Shown here in pieces: positions 9,201 to 18,412 of a stretch of 64,000 bases of DNA; within the stretch, counting starts at the first letter, position 1; each line of letters starts with the position of its first letter. Where the stretch lies: IMG/VR virus record IMGVR_UViG_3300046170_000519, positions 124,001-188,000 of that record. One strand, 5' to 3'. Under the pieces are notes generated by a model that saw only the letters and a program-made list of their open reading frames with translations, did no database searches and had not been told where the DNA came from. A program made the translations under genes and the position numbers.

Positions 9201-12200
9201 GTCTGAGTCTCTGTCTCAGTCTCCGTCTCCGTCTCGGTCTCAGTCTCGGTCCCCGTCTTTGTCGCACTAAAAGTATTTGTTTGAGAATTTGTTTGCGTTG
9301 GAGTATAAGCTGTATTCGAAGGGGTTGCATCAGGCGTTTCTGTTGGGCATAAACCATCTGGACAAGTCTCATGCCCACAACACAAGCCATCAACGGAAGA
9401 GCAACGATAATCACAAAAACCAGCACAATCTCCTAAGTCACAAAGAGATGTACTTGATCTAGATTCTCCCTGAGGAAGATTATAGTAACAAGTCCAAAAA
9501 TCCCCTGGATTATCATGCCATTTATATGGACCTTCGCTGCATGGATTAGTATCATTTCTCTCGTAGACACTTTGAGCATTGCATGGATCTTCCCCATTAG
9601 CTCGCCTTGGCAGTTGACTGTTGTCAAGACCTTGGTAATCCATGTAATAACAACCTTGAGGTGGACCTGAGCATGTATAATCCCCTTCTGGGTCAGAATC
9701 ATTTGGGCAAGTTAGACACTTGGTACGCATGCTTCCATAAGAGACATCACAAGGATCATCACAACATTGACTTCTAAAGCATTGATCTAAATGATAAAGA
9801 GTACATTTTCTACAACGATCTCTGTAATAACACTCAGTAATTTTTAATGTAACACCTGATCTGTTGGTATATTCTTCTAAAAGATCTGGAAAATCAGGAT
9901 CAATAACTTCTCCGTAATTACAAGCTCTACCAAAAGGTAATCCACCGTCTTCATTTGGAATTCCATTAGGAGCTGTATCCCAGCATCTTTTTGGGGTTTT
10001 TGTAGGAGTATCAGGAATTGTTTTTGTTTTTGTTTCTGTAAATGGACCTGTGATTGTCCCTGTAGTTGTCTGGCTATCTGTATCTGTATCAGTTTCTGTA
10101 TCAGTTTCTGTATCAGTTCCTGTGTTAGTTTTTGATGGGGTTTTAGTTTTTGTTGGGGTTTTTGGTTTTGTAGAAGTTCCTGAGTAAGTAAATGAATATG
10201 TTTCAGTATTTGTGGCAGTAGCAGTTTCAGAAAAAGTAGGAGTTGAGCTATCAGAAGCAGTATCACTTTCTGGAGCTGTTGCAGTTTCTGGAACACTATC
10301 ACTCGGTGGACTGTCAGTTGCACATTCGACTCCACAACAACTCTCTTCACAATCATAATGTAATTGTGGATGAGTTGAGCCTTTAGGCAATTCAGCACCA
10401 CATGGAATTTCAGGAGGCAAATTGAAGCATGAATCCCCTAATTTAGTACACCATTTTTCATTGTATATACAAGTATCTTTTGAGCATTCACAACCCGCTT
10501 CTTCTACAGTCGCATCTCTACACTCAGCAAGAAATAAACATTCAGGCTTGTAGTTAGAAGCGCAAGGGTCATTACAGCATTTAGTGGGTGATGCTGTGAT
10601 TGTGGGTGTTGATGTATGTGAACCCGTCTCTGTGATCGTATTAGAAAATGTATAAGTTTCCGAAGTTGTGATCGTATTAGAAAATGTATAAGTTTCCGAA
10701 GTCGTATCTGTATAGGTTTCTGTACCTGTTTCTGTGTACGTTACTGTTCCTGAGTAACTAGGTGTTGGGGTCGCTTCACAGTCATCACAATCACTATATG
10801 TATTTGATTCTTGTATCGCAGCTAATAATCCATCGGGTGGCGAATCTACTGGAGCACTACCACAAGTTAATGCATCGTTGTAGCTAACATATATACAGCA
10901 ATCTCCAAGTTTATAAACTCCCGTTTGAAGTATAGAAGGAAGGCAAAAATTAGAGCTTTCAATTATATAAGGATTGTCACAGCCGTAGTAACAAGGATAA
11001 AAATCATGAACATAACCAGTACTTGTTTCTGTGGGAGTAGATGTATGTGAGGCTGTGCTTGAGTAAGTTTTTGTATATGAAGCTGTATATGTTTGCGAAG
11101 ATGAACTCGTATGCGATGAAGTATAAGTATCAGTTGCCGAACCTGTTTCAGTAAAGGTAGATGTTGGGCATTTTGCATCATTTTCACATTTTTCACAACA
11201 ACATTCACAAGAATACGTGCCACAATTGTCAGCATCTGAATAAAGAGGTAAATTACTTCCAGGAGTATAAAGATAACAGCCCGAACAATTACATGTTTCA
11301 GTGTAGCTGGTAGTGATTGTAGCAGTTCTTGTTAAGGTGTTTGTTTGGGTCTGTGTCTGAGTTTGTGTCTGAGTCTGTGTCTTAGTTGGTGTCTGAGTTT
11401 TTGTCTTAGTTTGTGTTTTTGTACTAGTCTGGGTTTTGGTTTTAGTTGCTGTTTTTGACGGTGTTTCTGTTGGCGGTAAAGATGGAGTTCTGGTGGGGCA
11501 TACGCAATCACCATTATTTAAACCAGCTCCATTTGTTGCTCCAGAGTTATTAGTAGCACAATTTTGTTGATCTACACAAACCCAGTCCAGACATGTTGAT
11601 CCATCAGGAGCTAAACCTCCACCTTCTCTAGTGTAATCATCATTGTTGGATTTTATTTTATATCCAAGACTTTCTCCTGTGCAGCGATCAAAGAATTCAA
11701 GACATCCTGTCTCACATGGACAGCAATGATCGCAATGATGATTGTTGTTATCGCAATCTGTTTGAGTGCATTCCTGTAATGTAGCCGCAGAGCGACAGAA
11801 AGTATTTGTGTAGGTAGGAGTGAAACTTTGAGTTTTAGTAAATGAGCCTGTTTCTGTTTTGGTGTTTGTAAAGGATCCTGTTTCTGTTGTAGTCTGAGTC
11901 TGAGTTTCGGTTTGTGTTTTTGTGCGTGTTTGTGTGTCTGTTTCAGTAAAGGTAGATGTTGGGCATTTTGCATCATTTTCACATTTTTCACAACAACATT
12001 CACAAGAATACGTGCCACAATTGTCAGCATCTGAATAAAGAGGTAAATTACTTCCAGGAGTATAAAGATAACAGCCCGAACAATTACATGTTTCAGTGTA
12101 GCTGGTAGTGATTGTAGCAGTTTGTGTTAAGGTGTTTGTGCTTGTTAAAGTTTCGGTTCTCGTTTGTGTGAAAGATCCTGTTTCTGTTTGAGTAAAAGAA

Positions 12201-15200
12201 CCTGTTTCTGTTTGAGTTTGTGTTTTAGATGGGGTTTTAGTTCGAATCGTTTTCGTAGGTGATGGTGGCAACGATGGAGTTCTGGTGGGGCATACGCAAT
12301 CACCATTATTTAAACCAGCTCCATTTGTTGCTCCAGAGTTATTAGTAGCACAATTTTGTTGATCTACACAAACCCAGTCCAAGCATGTTGATCCATCAGG
12401 AGCTAAACCTCCACCTTCTATGGTATAGTCATCATTGTTGGATTTTATTTTATATCCAAGACTTTCTCCTGTGCAGCGATCAAAGAATTCAAGACATCCA
12501 CTCTCACATGGACAGCAATGATCGCAATGATGATTGTTGTTATCGCAATCCGTGGAGTTGCATTCTTGACCAGTAGAAGCATCAAGACAGCGAGTGTCTG
12601 TATAAGTGAATGTAGTTGTTTCAGTTTCTGTGTTTGTTTTTGTAGGAGTAAGCTTTGTTTTTGTTGTTGTACTTGTTTTTGTGGGTGTAAACTTTGTTTC
12701 TGTTTCTGTGTTTGTTTTTGTAGGAGTAAGCTTTGTTTCTGTAGGACTAAGCTTTGTTTCTGTAGGAGTAGGAGTAAACTTTGTTTCTGTTTCTGTGTTT
12801 GTTTTTGTAGGAGTAAGCTTTGTTTCTGTAGGAGTAGGAGTAAACTTTGTTTCTGTTTCTGTGTTTGTTTTTGTAGGAGTAAGCTTTGTTTCTGTAGGAG
12901 TAGGAGTAAACTTTGTTTCTGTTTCTGTGTTTGTTTTTGTAGGAGTAAGCTTTGTTTCTGTAGGAGTAGGAGTAAACTTTGTTTCAGTTTCTGTGTTTGT
13001 TTTTGTAGGAGTAAGCTTTGTTTCTGTAGGAGTAAGTTTTGTTCCTGTAGGAGTAGGAGTGAGTTTCGTTTTTGTTGCTGTGCTTGTTTTTGTAGGTGTA
13101 AGGATTGTTCCTGTAGGACTTGCTTTTGTCTGAGTTGGTGTCGCTACAGTAGGTGTTAAACAAACACCATTTATGTCAAGATGGCAATCGTCACTTATTA
13201 CTCCACCTGGGGCATTAGCTATATCATTGAAGGTACAACCTTCTGGAGGTATACAAACAGCTGGTTGATTAAATGTTCCAGCAAAACATGGGTGAGCTGA
13301 AATCGTAGGATCTGTATTACAAAATCCTGATACAGTACAAGGGCATTCACAACCACTATTAGGTTCGTCGCAATATATACAATCTATATACTCGCATGTT
13401 CCTGCATAATTTTGACCTGGATTACTAAAGTTACAAGCCATAGGATCATGGCAAACACCTGTTGGCGTAATTGTTTTTGTCGGAGTACCTTTTGTTTGTG
13501 TCGGACTTAGTTTTGTTTCAGTGGATGTTGAGGTTAATGGAGGTGTTGATGTTAGTGTTTTTGGCAACGATGGGGTTCTGGTGGGGCATACGCAATCACC
13601 GTTATTTAAACCAGCTCCATTTGTTACTCCAGAGTTATTAGTAGCACAATTTTGTTGATCTACACAAACCCAGTCCAAGCATGTTGATCCATCAGGAGCT
13701 AAACCTCCACCTTCTATGGTATAGTCATCATTGTTGGATTTTATTTTATATCCAAGACTTTCTCCTGTGCAGCGATCAAAGAATTCAAGACATCCACTCT
13801 CACATGGACAGCAATGATTGCAATGATGGTTATTATTCTGGCAATCTATGAAAGTGCATTCTTGCAATGTAGCAGCAGAACGACAGAAGGTATTTGTATA
13901 AGTGGGTGTTTTAGTCTCAGTATTTGTTTGAGTTTGTGTTGCTGTTTGCGTCTGAGTTTTTGTTGCTGTTTTTGTTTGTGTACTAGTTTGAGTTTTTGTA
14001 CTTGTTTTTGTTGGAGTTCTTTCTGTTTCAGTGAAGGTGGATGTTGGGCATTTTGCATCATTTTCACATTTTTGACAACAACATTGACAATCGTAGGAAC
14101 CGCAATTGTCGGCATCTGAGAAAAGAGGAAAGGCACTACCAGAACTAGAAAGGTAACAACCCGAACAATTACATGTTTCAGTGTAGCTGGTAGTAATTGT
14201 AGCAGTTCTTGTTAAGGTTTCTGTGTTAGTTAAAGTTTCTGTGTTAGTTAAAGTTTCTGTATTGCTCGGAGTTTCTGAAGGGGTTTTAGTAGGTGTTGAG
14301 GTTAATGGAGGTGTTAGTGTTGGTGTTTTTGGTAAAGATGGAGTATTGGTTGGACATGTGCAAGAGCCATTATTTAAACCAGCCCCATTTGTTGTTCCAG
14401 AGCTATTGGTAACACAATTTTGTTGATCTACACAAACCCAGTCCAAGCATGTTGATCCATCATTGCCTGAACCTCCACCTTCTATGGTATAGTCATCATT
14501 GTTGGATTTTATTTTATATCCAAGACTTTCTCCTGTGCAGCGATCAAAGAATTCAAGACATCCACTCTCACATGGACAGCAATGATCGCAATGATGGTTA
14601 TTATTCTGGCAATCTATGACAGTGCATGTTTGACCAGTAGAGGCATCAACACAAGGAGTCTCTGTTTTAGTTGGACTGCTCGTTTCAGTTTGCACGGTTT
14701 CTGTAGGAGCAGTATTACTTGAAGTAGGCTCAATAGTATTTGAAGGTGTAGCTACTGTAGCGGTTGGGCAGGGAAGATTGCAGTAAATCTCTACATGGCA
14801 TAGAGCGTCACGGTCATAATTACAATCCAATGGATCCATGCAAGCACCTTTGTTAATACAAAGATTGGTATCATGACACCATCCAGGTTGTGAACCAAAT
14901 ACGCTCGCTCTAGGATCATACTCACAATATTGAGCGTAACCACATGCATACTCACAACTAGGAGTTGGTGTTAAATCTGGAGTGTTTGTGTATGTATGAA
15001 CCGTATCTGTATGAACCGTATCTGTATGAACCGTATCTGTATGAACCGTATCTGTATGAACCGTATCTGTATGAACCGTATCTGTATAAGCTGTATTTGA
15101 AGGAGTCAACCTCGTTCCTGTGGGAGTAAGCTTTGTTCCTGTAGGAGTAGGAGTGAGCTTTGTTCCTGTAGCAGTTACAACCGTATCTGTATGAGCTGTA

Positions 15201-18200
15201 TCTGTATGAACCGTATCTGTATGAACCGTATCTGTATGAACCGTATCTGTATGAACCGTATCTGTATGAACCGTATCTGTATAAGCTGTATTTGAAGGAG
15301 TCAACCTCGTTCCTGTGGGAGTAAGCTTTGTTCCTGTAGGAGTAGGAGTGAGCTTTGTTCCTGTAGCAGTTACAACCGTATCTGTATGAGCTGTATCTGT
15401 ATGAGCGGTATCTGAATGCGGTGTATCTGAATGCGGTGTATCTGAATGCGGTGTATCTGATGGATTAGGGCTATATGTAGGAAGAGGACTATCGGTAGGA
15501 AGAGGGCTATCGGTTCGGCAGCTAATATATTCACAACTTCCATCGTCACAATTTGCCCAAGAGCTATAATTGCAAGCCGATTGATCTGTGCAACCTTTAT
15601 TTCTAAGACCGCTACAAAGATCTGGGTCATGGCAACCCGCATCTGGATCGAAGCTACAATCTGCAGCAGATTTACAACCAAAATTTCCTGAACAACAACC
15701 ATCACATTGACAATCAGCATCAGGATCATAATTACAATAGCCTGGATTTTGACAACCAATAACACCTTGACCGCAGTTACCCTGAGAATCTTTACAGCAA
15801 ATATTGTCTAAACGACCTCCAGAACAACATTCGCTTTCATCATGACAAACTCCTGTTGGATCTCCTGTATAAAAAAGGCAATCGTTTTGATTTAAACACG
15901 CGAATTGAATGCAGTAAGTTGGGGATAAAGTTGGAGTTTTGTCTGGAGAAGGTGAGCTTGTTAAAGTTAACGGAGGTGTGTTAGTGTTTGTTGGACAAAT
16001 AGTACCAATGCAGAGATTTTCTAAATGACATATCGCAGATCTATCATAATTGCAATCCCCTAATGTTTGGCATCCCCCGCTATGACCGCTACATAAAGTA
16101 TTGTCAGCGCATTTTGTTGGGTCATCATCATAATAGCAATCGGTCGCTATCTTACAAACATAACCTTCGCAACAAGGAGCTTCAGCAGGACCAGTTCTGT
16201 GTTTACAGCATGTTGTAAGATCATCACAATCTGAACCATCAAAAGCTGGATCAAAAGGATCTGGGCAGCCGTAAAGATAACATGTTTCAGTATTTGTTAC
16301 TGGCGGAGTCTCTGTTTCTGTAGCAGGTGGGGTTTGTGTTGGAATAGTCGCTGTAGGAACAGGGACAGTATCTGTTGGGCAAGGTTGACAACCCCCAGTT
16401 AAGCAAGCTACATTACTATTTCCAAGATGATTTAAACACTCATTGCTAGGCGAAATGACATCATTGCATGCAAACTGTGGATGCCTAGCAGCTAAGGCAC
16501 CATTAGGACACCAACAGTATTCGTTAGTCTTGGCACAATCTTTTGGTGGGGTAGCTCCGTAATTAACATCACAAGGGTCATCACAACTGCAGGTAGAATC
16601 ATTTCTTTTAAATTCTGGATCCCCTATTTCTCGACATACACCGCAAGCATCAATGTAGTAGCATTTATCGTTTTGAACCCCTGTAGAGGTAAAACTACAA
16701 CTATGAGATGTATCTGGACAAGGCTGAAAAGTAGCTTCAACGCCAGTACCCGCTCCATAAACATAAGGGTCATCACAATCAGGAACACATGTTCTTGATG
16801 GAGTAACAGGTGGAGATGGAGTGTCTGCAGTAGGGCTGATTGTGTTTGTAACAGCAGGTGTGTCTGTTGGGCAAAGCTCTGGTTGAGGTGGACATCTACC
16901 CTCGCAATCAGGCTCTCCTTCGCATTTATCAGCATCCATTTTACACGCTGTTGGGTCGTAGTTACAATCACCTTGCAATAAACATCCCCCTTCCCTACCT
17001 GAGCAAAGGGAATCAGTGTCGCAACCTCTGTTCGGATCGAAATTACAATCTTTAGGATCTGGGCAACCTCTGTAAGTTCCTGAACATTTACTTGGATCAC
17101 TGCAAGGAGCATTAGGGTTAAAGTTACAATCATTAGCGTCTTTACAATCGCATTGATTTGGGCAATCCGAGCAAGATAAACTATATCCAGCTTGATAATT
17201 ATCAAAATTAGGTGGACCATAATTTTGGCCTGTCCATCGAGTTTCACAAAAACAACCCACATATGAAACAGCAAGTTCACAAGTTCCGTCTCCTAGAGCT
17301 GTAATTCCAGTAACTCCAGTAGTATAAATTCTTGGACCCGTAGACTGTCCTGTAATCGTATCGCAAGTGTAAACCGCTATACAAGGACCTGCTGTACATG
17401 TCTGAGTTTCTGTTCCACTATTTGTAGAGGTATCTGTATGAGCCGTATCTGTATGAGCCGTATCTGTATGAGCCGTATCTGTATGAGCCGTATCTGTATG
17501 AGCCGTATCTGTATGAGCCGTATCTGTATGAGCCGTATCTGTATGAGCCGTATCTGTATGAGCCGTATCTGTATGAGCCGTATCTGTATGAGCCGTATCT
17601 GTATGAGCCGTATCTGTATGAGCCGTATCTGTATGAGCCGTATCTGTATGAGCCGTATCTGTATGAGCCGTATCTGTATGAGCTGTATCTGTATGAGCTG
17701 TATCTGTATGAGCCGTATCTGTATGAGCCGTATCTGTATGAGCCGTATCTGTATGAGCCGTATCTGTATGAGCCGTATCTGTATGAGCCGTATCTGTATG
17801 AGCCGTATCTGTATGAGCTGTATCTGTATGAGCTGTATCTGTATGAGCCGTATCTGTGTAAACTAATGTTGGTGTAAGTGGAGGAGAATAGGTAGAAGTA
17901 TTACAATCGTATTCACATCCATCGACGCAGCTCGCTGATAAAGACATATCTTTATTAGTTTCATAATTGCAAGCATTAGGATCATTACACACGTCATTTT
18001 GACTACAAAGAGCGAGATTAACACAAGCTGGAGCTATTCCATCTTGAAAATCTGCAGAGCAGTAAGAAGTACTACCCGAAAGGTCATCGCCGCATGCATA
18101 ATCTTCACAACTACATTGAAATCCGTCATCGATTGTAGCATCAGGGTCATAATTTCCATAAGACCCATCATATAAAACATCCATGCAACCTAGTATTCCT

Positions 18201-18409
18201 GTAGGCGTCGGTTGAGGAGATGTAGTGTTACTAGGAGTGGGATTAACTGAAGCAGAAGATTGTTCTGTAAAATAAATTTTCGCCCCTTGTTTTAAATTAG
18301 AATCAAAAATATTATTATAAACTAATAATTTATTAATAGATATTCCATAGCTATCAGAAATACTCTTTAAAGTATCTGATTTTGAAACAATATGGAATTT
18401 ATTATTCAT
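6263..18409 (-). CDS. giant 4048-aa modular protein: LysM - Cys-rich repeats - Thr-rich stalks - cupredoxin-like domain - trypsin-like (S1) serine protease
   Basis: N-terminal HIVSKSDTLKSISDSYGISINKLLVYN (LysM); GCxDxxxCNYDxxA repeats; C-terminal TNNHV / VDAA / GDSGS triad; uninterrupted ORF. Confidence 0.9.
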   Translation of the reverse strand: MNNKFHIVSKSDTLKSISDSYGISINKLLVYNNIFDSNLKQGAKIYFTEQSSASVNPTPSNTTSPQPTPTGILGCMDVLYDGSYGNYDPDATIDDGFQCSCEDYACGDDLSGSTSYCSADFQDGIAPACVNLALCSQNDVCNDPNACNYETNKDMSLSASCVDGCEYDCNTSTYSPPLTPTLVYTDTAHTDTAHTDTAHTDTAHTDTAHTDTAHTDTAHTDTAHTDTAHTDTAHTDTAHTDTAHTDTAHTDTAHTDTAHTDTAHTDTAHTDTAHTDTAHTDTAHTDTAHTDTAHTDTAHTDTAHTDTAHTDTAHTDTAHTDTAHTDTSTNSGTETQTCTAGPCIAVYTCDTITGQSTGPRIYTTGVTGITALGDGTCELAVSYVGCFCETRWTGQNYGPPNFDNYQAGYSLSCSDCPNQCDCKDANDCNFNPNAPCSDPSKCSGTYRGCPDPKDCNFDPNRGCDTDSLCSGREGGCLLQGDCNYDPTACKMDADKCEGEPDCEGRCPPQPELCPTDTPAVTNTISPTADTPSPPVTPSRTCVPDCDDPYVYGAGTGVEATFQPCPDTSHSCSFTSTGVQNDKCYYIDACGVCREIGDPEFKRNDSTCSCDDPCDVNYGATPPKDCAKTNEYCWCPNGALAARHPQFACNDVISPSNECLNHLGNSNVACLTGGCQPCPTDTVPVPTATIPTQTPPATETETPPVTNTETCYLYGCPDPFDPAFDGSDCDDLTTCCKHRTGPAEAPCCEGYVCKIATDCYYDDDPTKCADNTLCSGHSGGCQTLGDCNYDRSAICHLENLCIGTICPTNTNTPPLTLTSSPSPDKTPTLSPTYCIQFACLNQNDCLFYTGDPTGVCHDESECCSGGRLDNICCKDSQGNCGQGVIGCQNPGYCNYDPDADCQCDGCCSGNFGCKSAADCSFDPDAGCHDPDLCSGLRNKGCTDQSACNYSSWANCDDGSCEYISCRTDSPLPTDSPLPTYSPNPSDTPHSDTPHSDTPHSDTAHTDTAHTDTVVTATGTKLTPTPTGTKLTPTGTRLTPSNTAYTDTVHTDTVHTDTVHTDTVHTDTVHTDTAHTDTVVTATGTKLTPTPTGTKLTPTGTRLTPSNTAYTDTVHTDTVHTDTVHTDTVHTDTVHTDTVHTYTNTPDLTPTPSCEYACGYAQYCEYDPRASVFGSQPGWCHDTNLCINKGACMDPLDCNYDRDALCHVEIYCNLPCPTATVATPSNTIEPTSSNTAPTETVQTETSSPTKTETPCVDASTGQTCTVIDCQNNNHHCDHCCPCESGCLEFFDRCTGESLGYKIKSNNDDYTIEGGGSGNDGSTCLDWVCVDQQNCVTNSSGTTNGAGLNNGSCTCPTNTPSLPKTPTLTPPLTSTPTKTPSETPSNTETLTNTETLTNTETLTRTATITTSYTETCNCSGCYLSSSGSAFPLFSDADNCGSYDCQCCCQKCENDAKCPTSTFTETERTPTKTSTKTQTSTQTKTATKTQTQTATQTQTNTETKTPTYTNTFCRSAATLQECTFIDCQNNNHHCNHCCPCESGCLEFFDRCTGESLGYKIKSNNDDYTIEGGGLAPDGSTCLDWVCVDQQNCATNNSGVTNGAGLNNGDCVCPTRTPSLPKTLTSTPPLTSTSTETKLSPTQTKGTPTKTITPTGVCHDPMACNFSNPGQNYAGTCEYIDCIYCDEPNSGCECPCTVSGFCNTDPTISAHPCFAGTFNQPAVCIPPEGCTFNDIANAPGGVISDDCHLDINGVCLTPTVATPTQTKASPTGTILTPTKTSTATKTKLTPTPTGTKLTPTETKLTPTKTNTETETKFTPTPTETKLTPTKTNTETETKFTPTPTETKLTPTKTNTETETKFTPTPTETKLTPTKTNTETETKFTPTPTETKLSPTETKLTPTKTNTETETKFTPTKTSTTTKTKLTPTKTNTETETTTFTYTDTRCLDASTGQECNSTDCDNNNHHCDHCCPCESGCLEFFDRCTGESLGYKIKSNNDDYTIEGGGLAPDGSTCLDWVCVDQQNCATNNSGATNGAGLNNGDCVCPTRTPSLPPSPTKTIRTKTPSKTQTQTETGSFTQTETGSFTQTRTETLTSTNTLTQTATITTSYTETCNCSGCYLYTPGSNLPLYSDADNCGTYSCECCCEKCENDAKCPTSTFTETDTQTRTKTQTETQTQTTTETGSFTNTKTETGSFTKTQSFTPTYTNTFCRSAATLQECTQTDCDNNNHHCDHCCPCETGCLEFFDRCTGESLGYKIKSNNDDYTREGGGLAPDGSTCLDWVCVDQQNCATNNSGATNGAGLNNGDCVCPTRTPSLPPTETPSKTATKTKTQTSTKTQTKTKTQTPTKTQTQTQTQTQTQTNTLTRTATITTSYTETCNCSGCYLYTPGSNLPLYSDADNCGTYSCECCCEKCENDAKCPTSTFTETGSATDTYTSSHTSSSSQTYTASYTKTYSSTASHTSTPTETSTGYVHDFYPCYYGCDNPYIIESSNFCLPSILQTGVYKLGDCCIYVSYNDALTCGSAPVDSPPDGLLAAIQESNTYSDCDDCEATPTPSYSGTVTYTETGTETYTDTTSETYTFSNTITTSETYTFSNTITETGSHTSTPTITASPTKCCNDPCASNYKPECLFLAECRDATVEEAGCECSKDTCIYNEKWCTKLGDSCFNLPPEIPCGAELPKGSTHPQLHYDCEESCCGVECATDSPPSDSVPETATAPESDTASDSSTPTFSETATATNTETYSFTYSGTSTKPKTPTKTKTPSKTNTGTDTETDTETDTDTDSQTTTGTITGPFTETKTKTIPDTPTKTPKRCWDTAPNGIPNEDGGLPFGRACNYGEVIDPDFPDLLEEYTNRSGVTLKITECYYRDRCRKCTLYHLDQCFRSQCCDDPCDVSYGSMRTKCLTCPNDSDPEGDYTCSGPPQGCYYMDYQGLDNSQLPRRANGEDPCNAQSVYERNDTNPCSEGPYKWHDNPGDFWTCYYNLPQGESRSSTSLCDLGDCAGFCDYRCSSVDGLCCGHETCPDGLCPTETPDATPSNTAYTPTQTNSQTNTFSATKTGTETETETETETETETQTNTPTLTVRTETGTKTENPLRGTPTETAPFTDRVELPPTQTVPSSTNTQPVPSLTNTQPPTATIIENPTPTETQTETGTQTQTETGTQTQTETGTQTQTETQTQTETETQTETGSYTITETGSFTKTQSATYTQTETGSFTHTKTKSPYFLPLPTITPSFGLIIPITPSQTSLDDTINCNHCIPPTLSITPTSSGENCDFENFDDCSLCPPRPTGKTLEKIVIPESSDSIIYNDKCFRSTGQYVQCLIPSSKGNNTFSIDGSSRIIFNGVDYDNHSFIGIGLGTYIIENVPQIHALGFVADSSVLEVTGSNSAGTKVVDGLNIEHFYGNITLNVKGDIDTVSYNCFNHGYMGGLKRLTYAQLCQDSFDLSYYDGFIDCESCNSFLLESSSSSDFNSSNNFKNISQAMNFSSTQFLLQKNNVESVFVSTKIIDGVDSHQECIAVGVSKKVGKSLLKKEDLIPSSIEGFKTDVVEVPKMFAFGACGEKVNGLSPSKKSIHGCPQNSYDSDKKPYKCIPGGVSIGVANDYSAGTLGFSALNKDQELVCVTNNHVIGSQVYDPKTEPPISYNVSYENGFIFEDISGDSFKNPAFDNSDFAFIEAGRKYIFKGLNLDSSPFCLTYSDLSNLTSIYSKVETNVSIFKNDGTLIYKNGKSKNNSFRFYPILMSDEYMEFSYQTSDETFKKIYYTSWSSKPSNQPLNVLFFGVPFCCSTDERGNGDSEYHSGTLSDFHKNLLDLEISSPSFLDQNTVLGAGSVNIGSTNYIEPLFFPHPFNKTSYGNHGFQPINTVDAASINFGASVFPSSSIIDLTNNTPSFSDAKVGDFVFKSGRTTGSTTENSFTEHPSIISDSWMGYVYYCSDRILDPSTGSIKVVPSMQHKAIFTDCLYYRGKGENIYFSDSGDSGSLLMKKDGDSLKGCGLHFAGFNDGVYSHGLANKIGNVFNSLDLTVWNGELNILYGTPEHEEYSKNGFIDICGKTYK
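11155..14640 (-). repeat. interspersed Cys/His-rich modules: module A x4 (~95 aa), module B x3 (~50 aa)
   Basis: NNNHHCxHCCPCExGCLEFFDRC...CPT at ~14350-14640, 13575-13870, 12275-12570, 11485-11780; TCNCSGCYL...CCCxKCENDAKCP at ~14040-14190, 11950-12110, 11155-11310. Confidence 0.9.
12705..13060 (-). repeat. 66-bp tandem repeat encoding TPTPTETKLTPTKTNTETETKF
   Basis: About 4-5 near-identical in-frame units. Confidence 0.85.
14995..15450 (-). repeat. 15-bp (HTDTV/HSDTP)n repeats within a 195-bp tandem duplication
   Basis: gtatctgtatgaacc units; block ataagctgtatttgaaggagtcaac recurs at 15086 and 15281. Confidence 0.85.
17430..17857 (-). repeat. 15-bp tandem repeat encoding (HTDTA)28
   Basis: gtatctgtatgagcc repeated 28 times with only synonymous gcc/gct changes. 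Confidence 0.95.
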
Positions 18410-18412
18410 TAA

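Noticed and set aside
350-17866. Small overlapping ORFs inside the large minus-strand genes (e.g. 350-550, 1236-1430, 9877-10401, 12518-13159, 16624-17280, 17438-17866)
   Set aside because: Fully nested in alternative frames of long, coherent ORFs; compositions mirror the host ORF's repeats.
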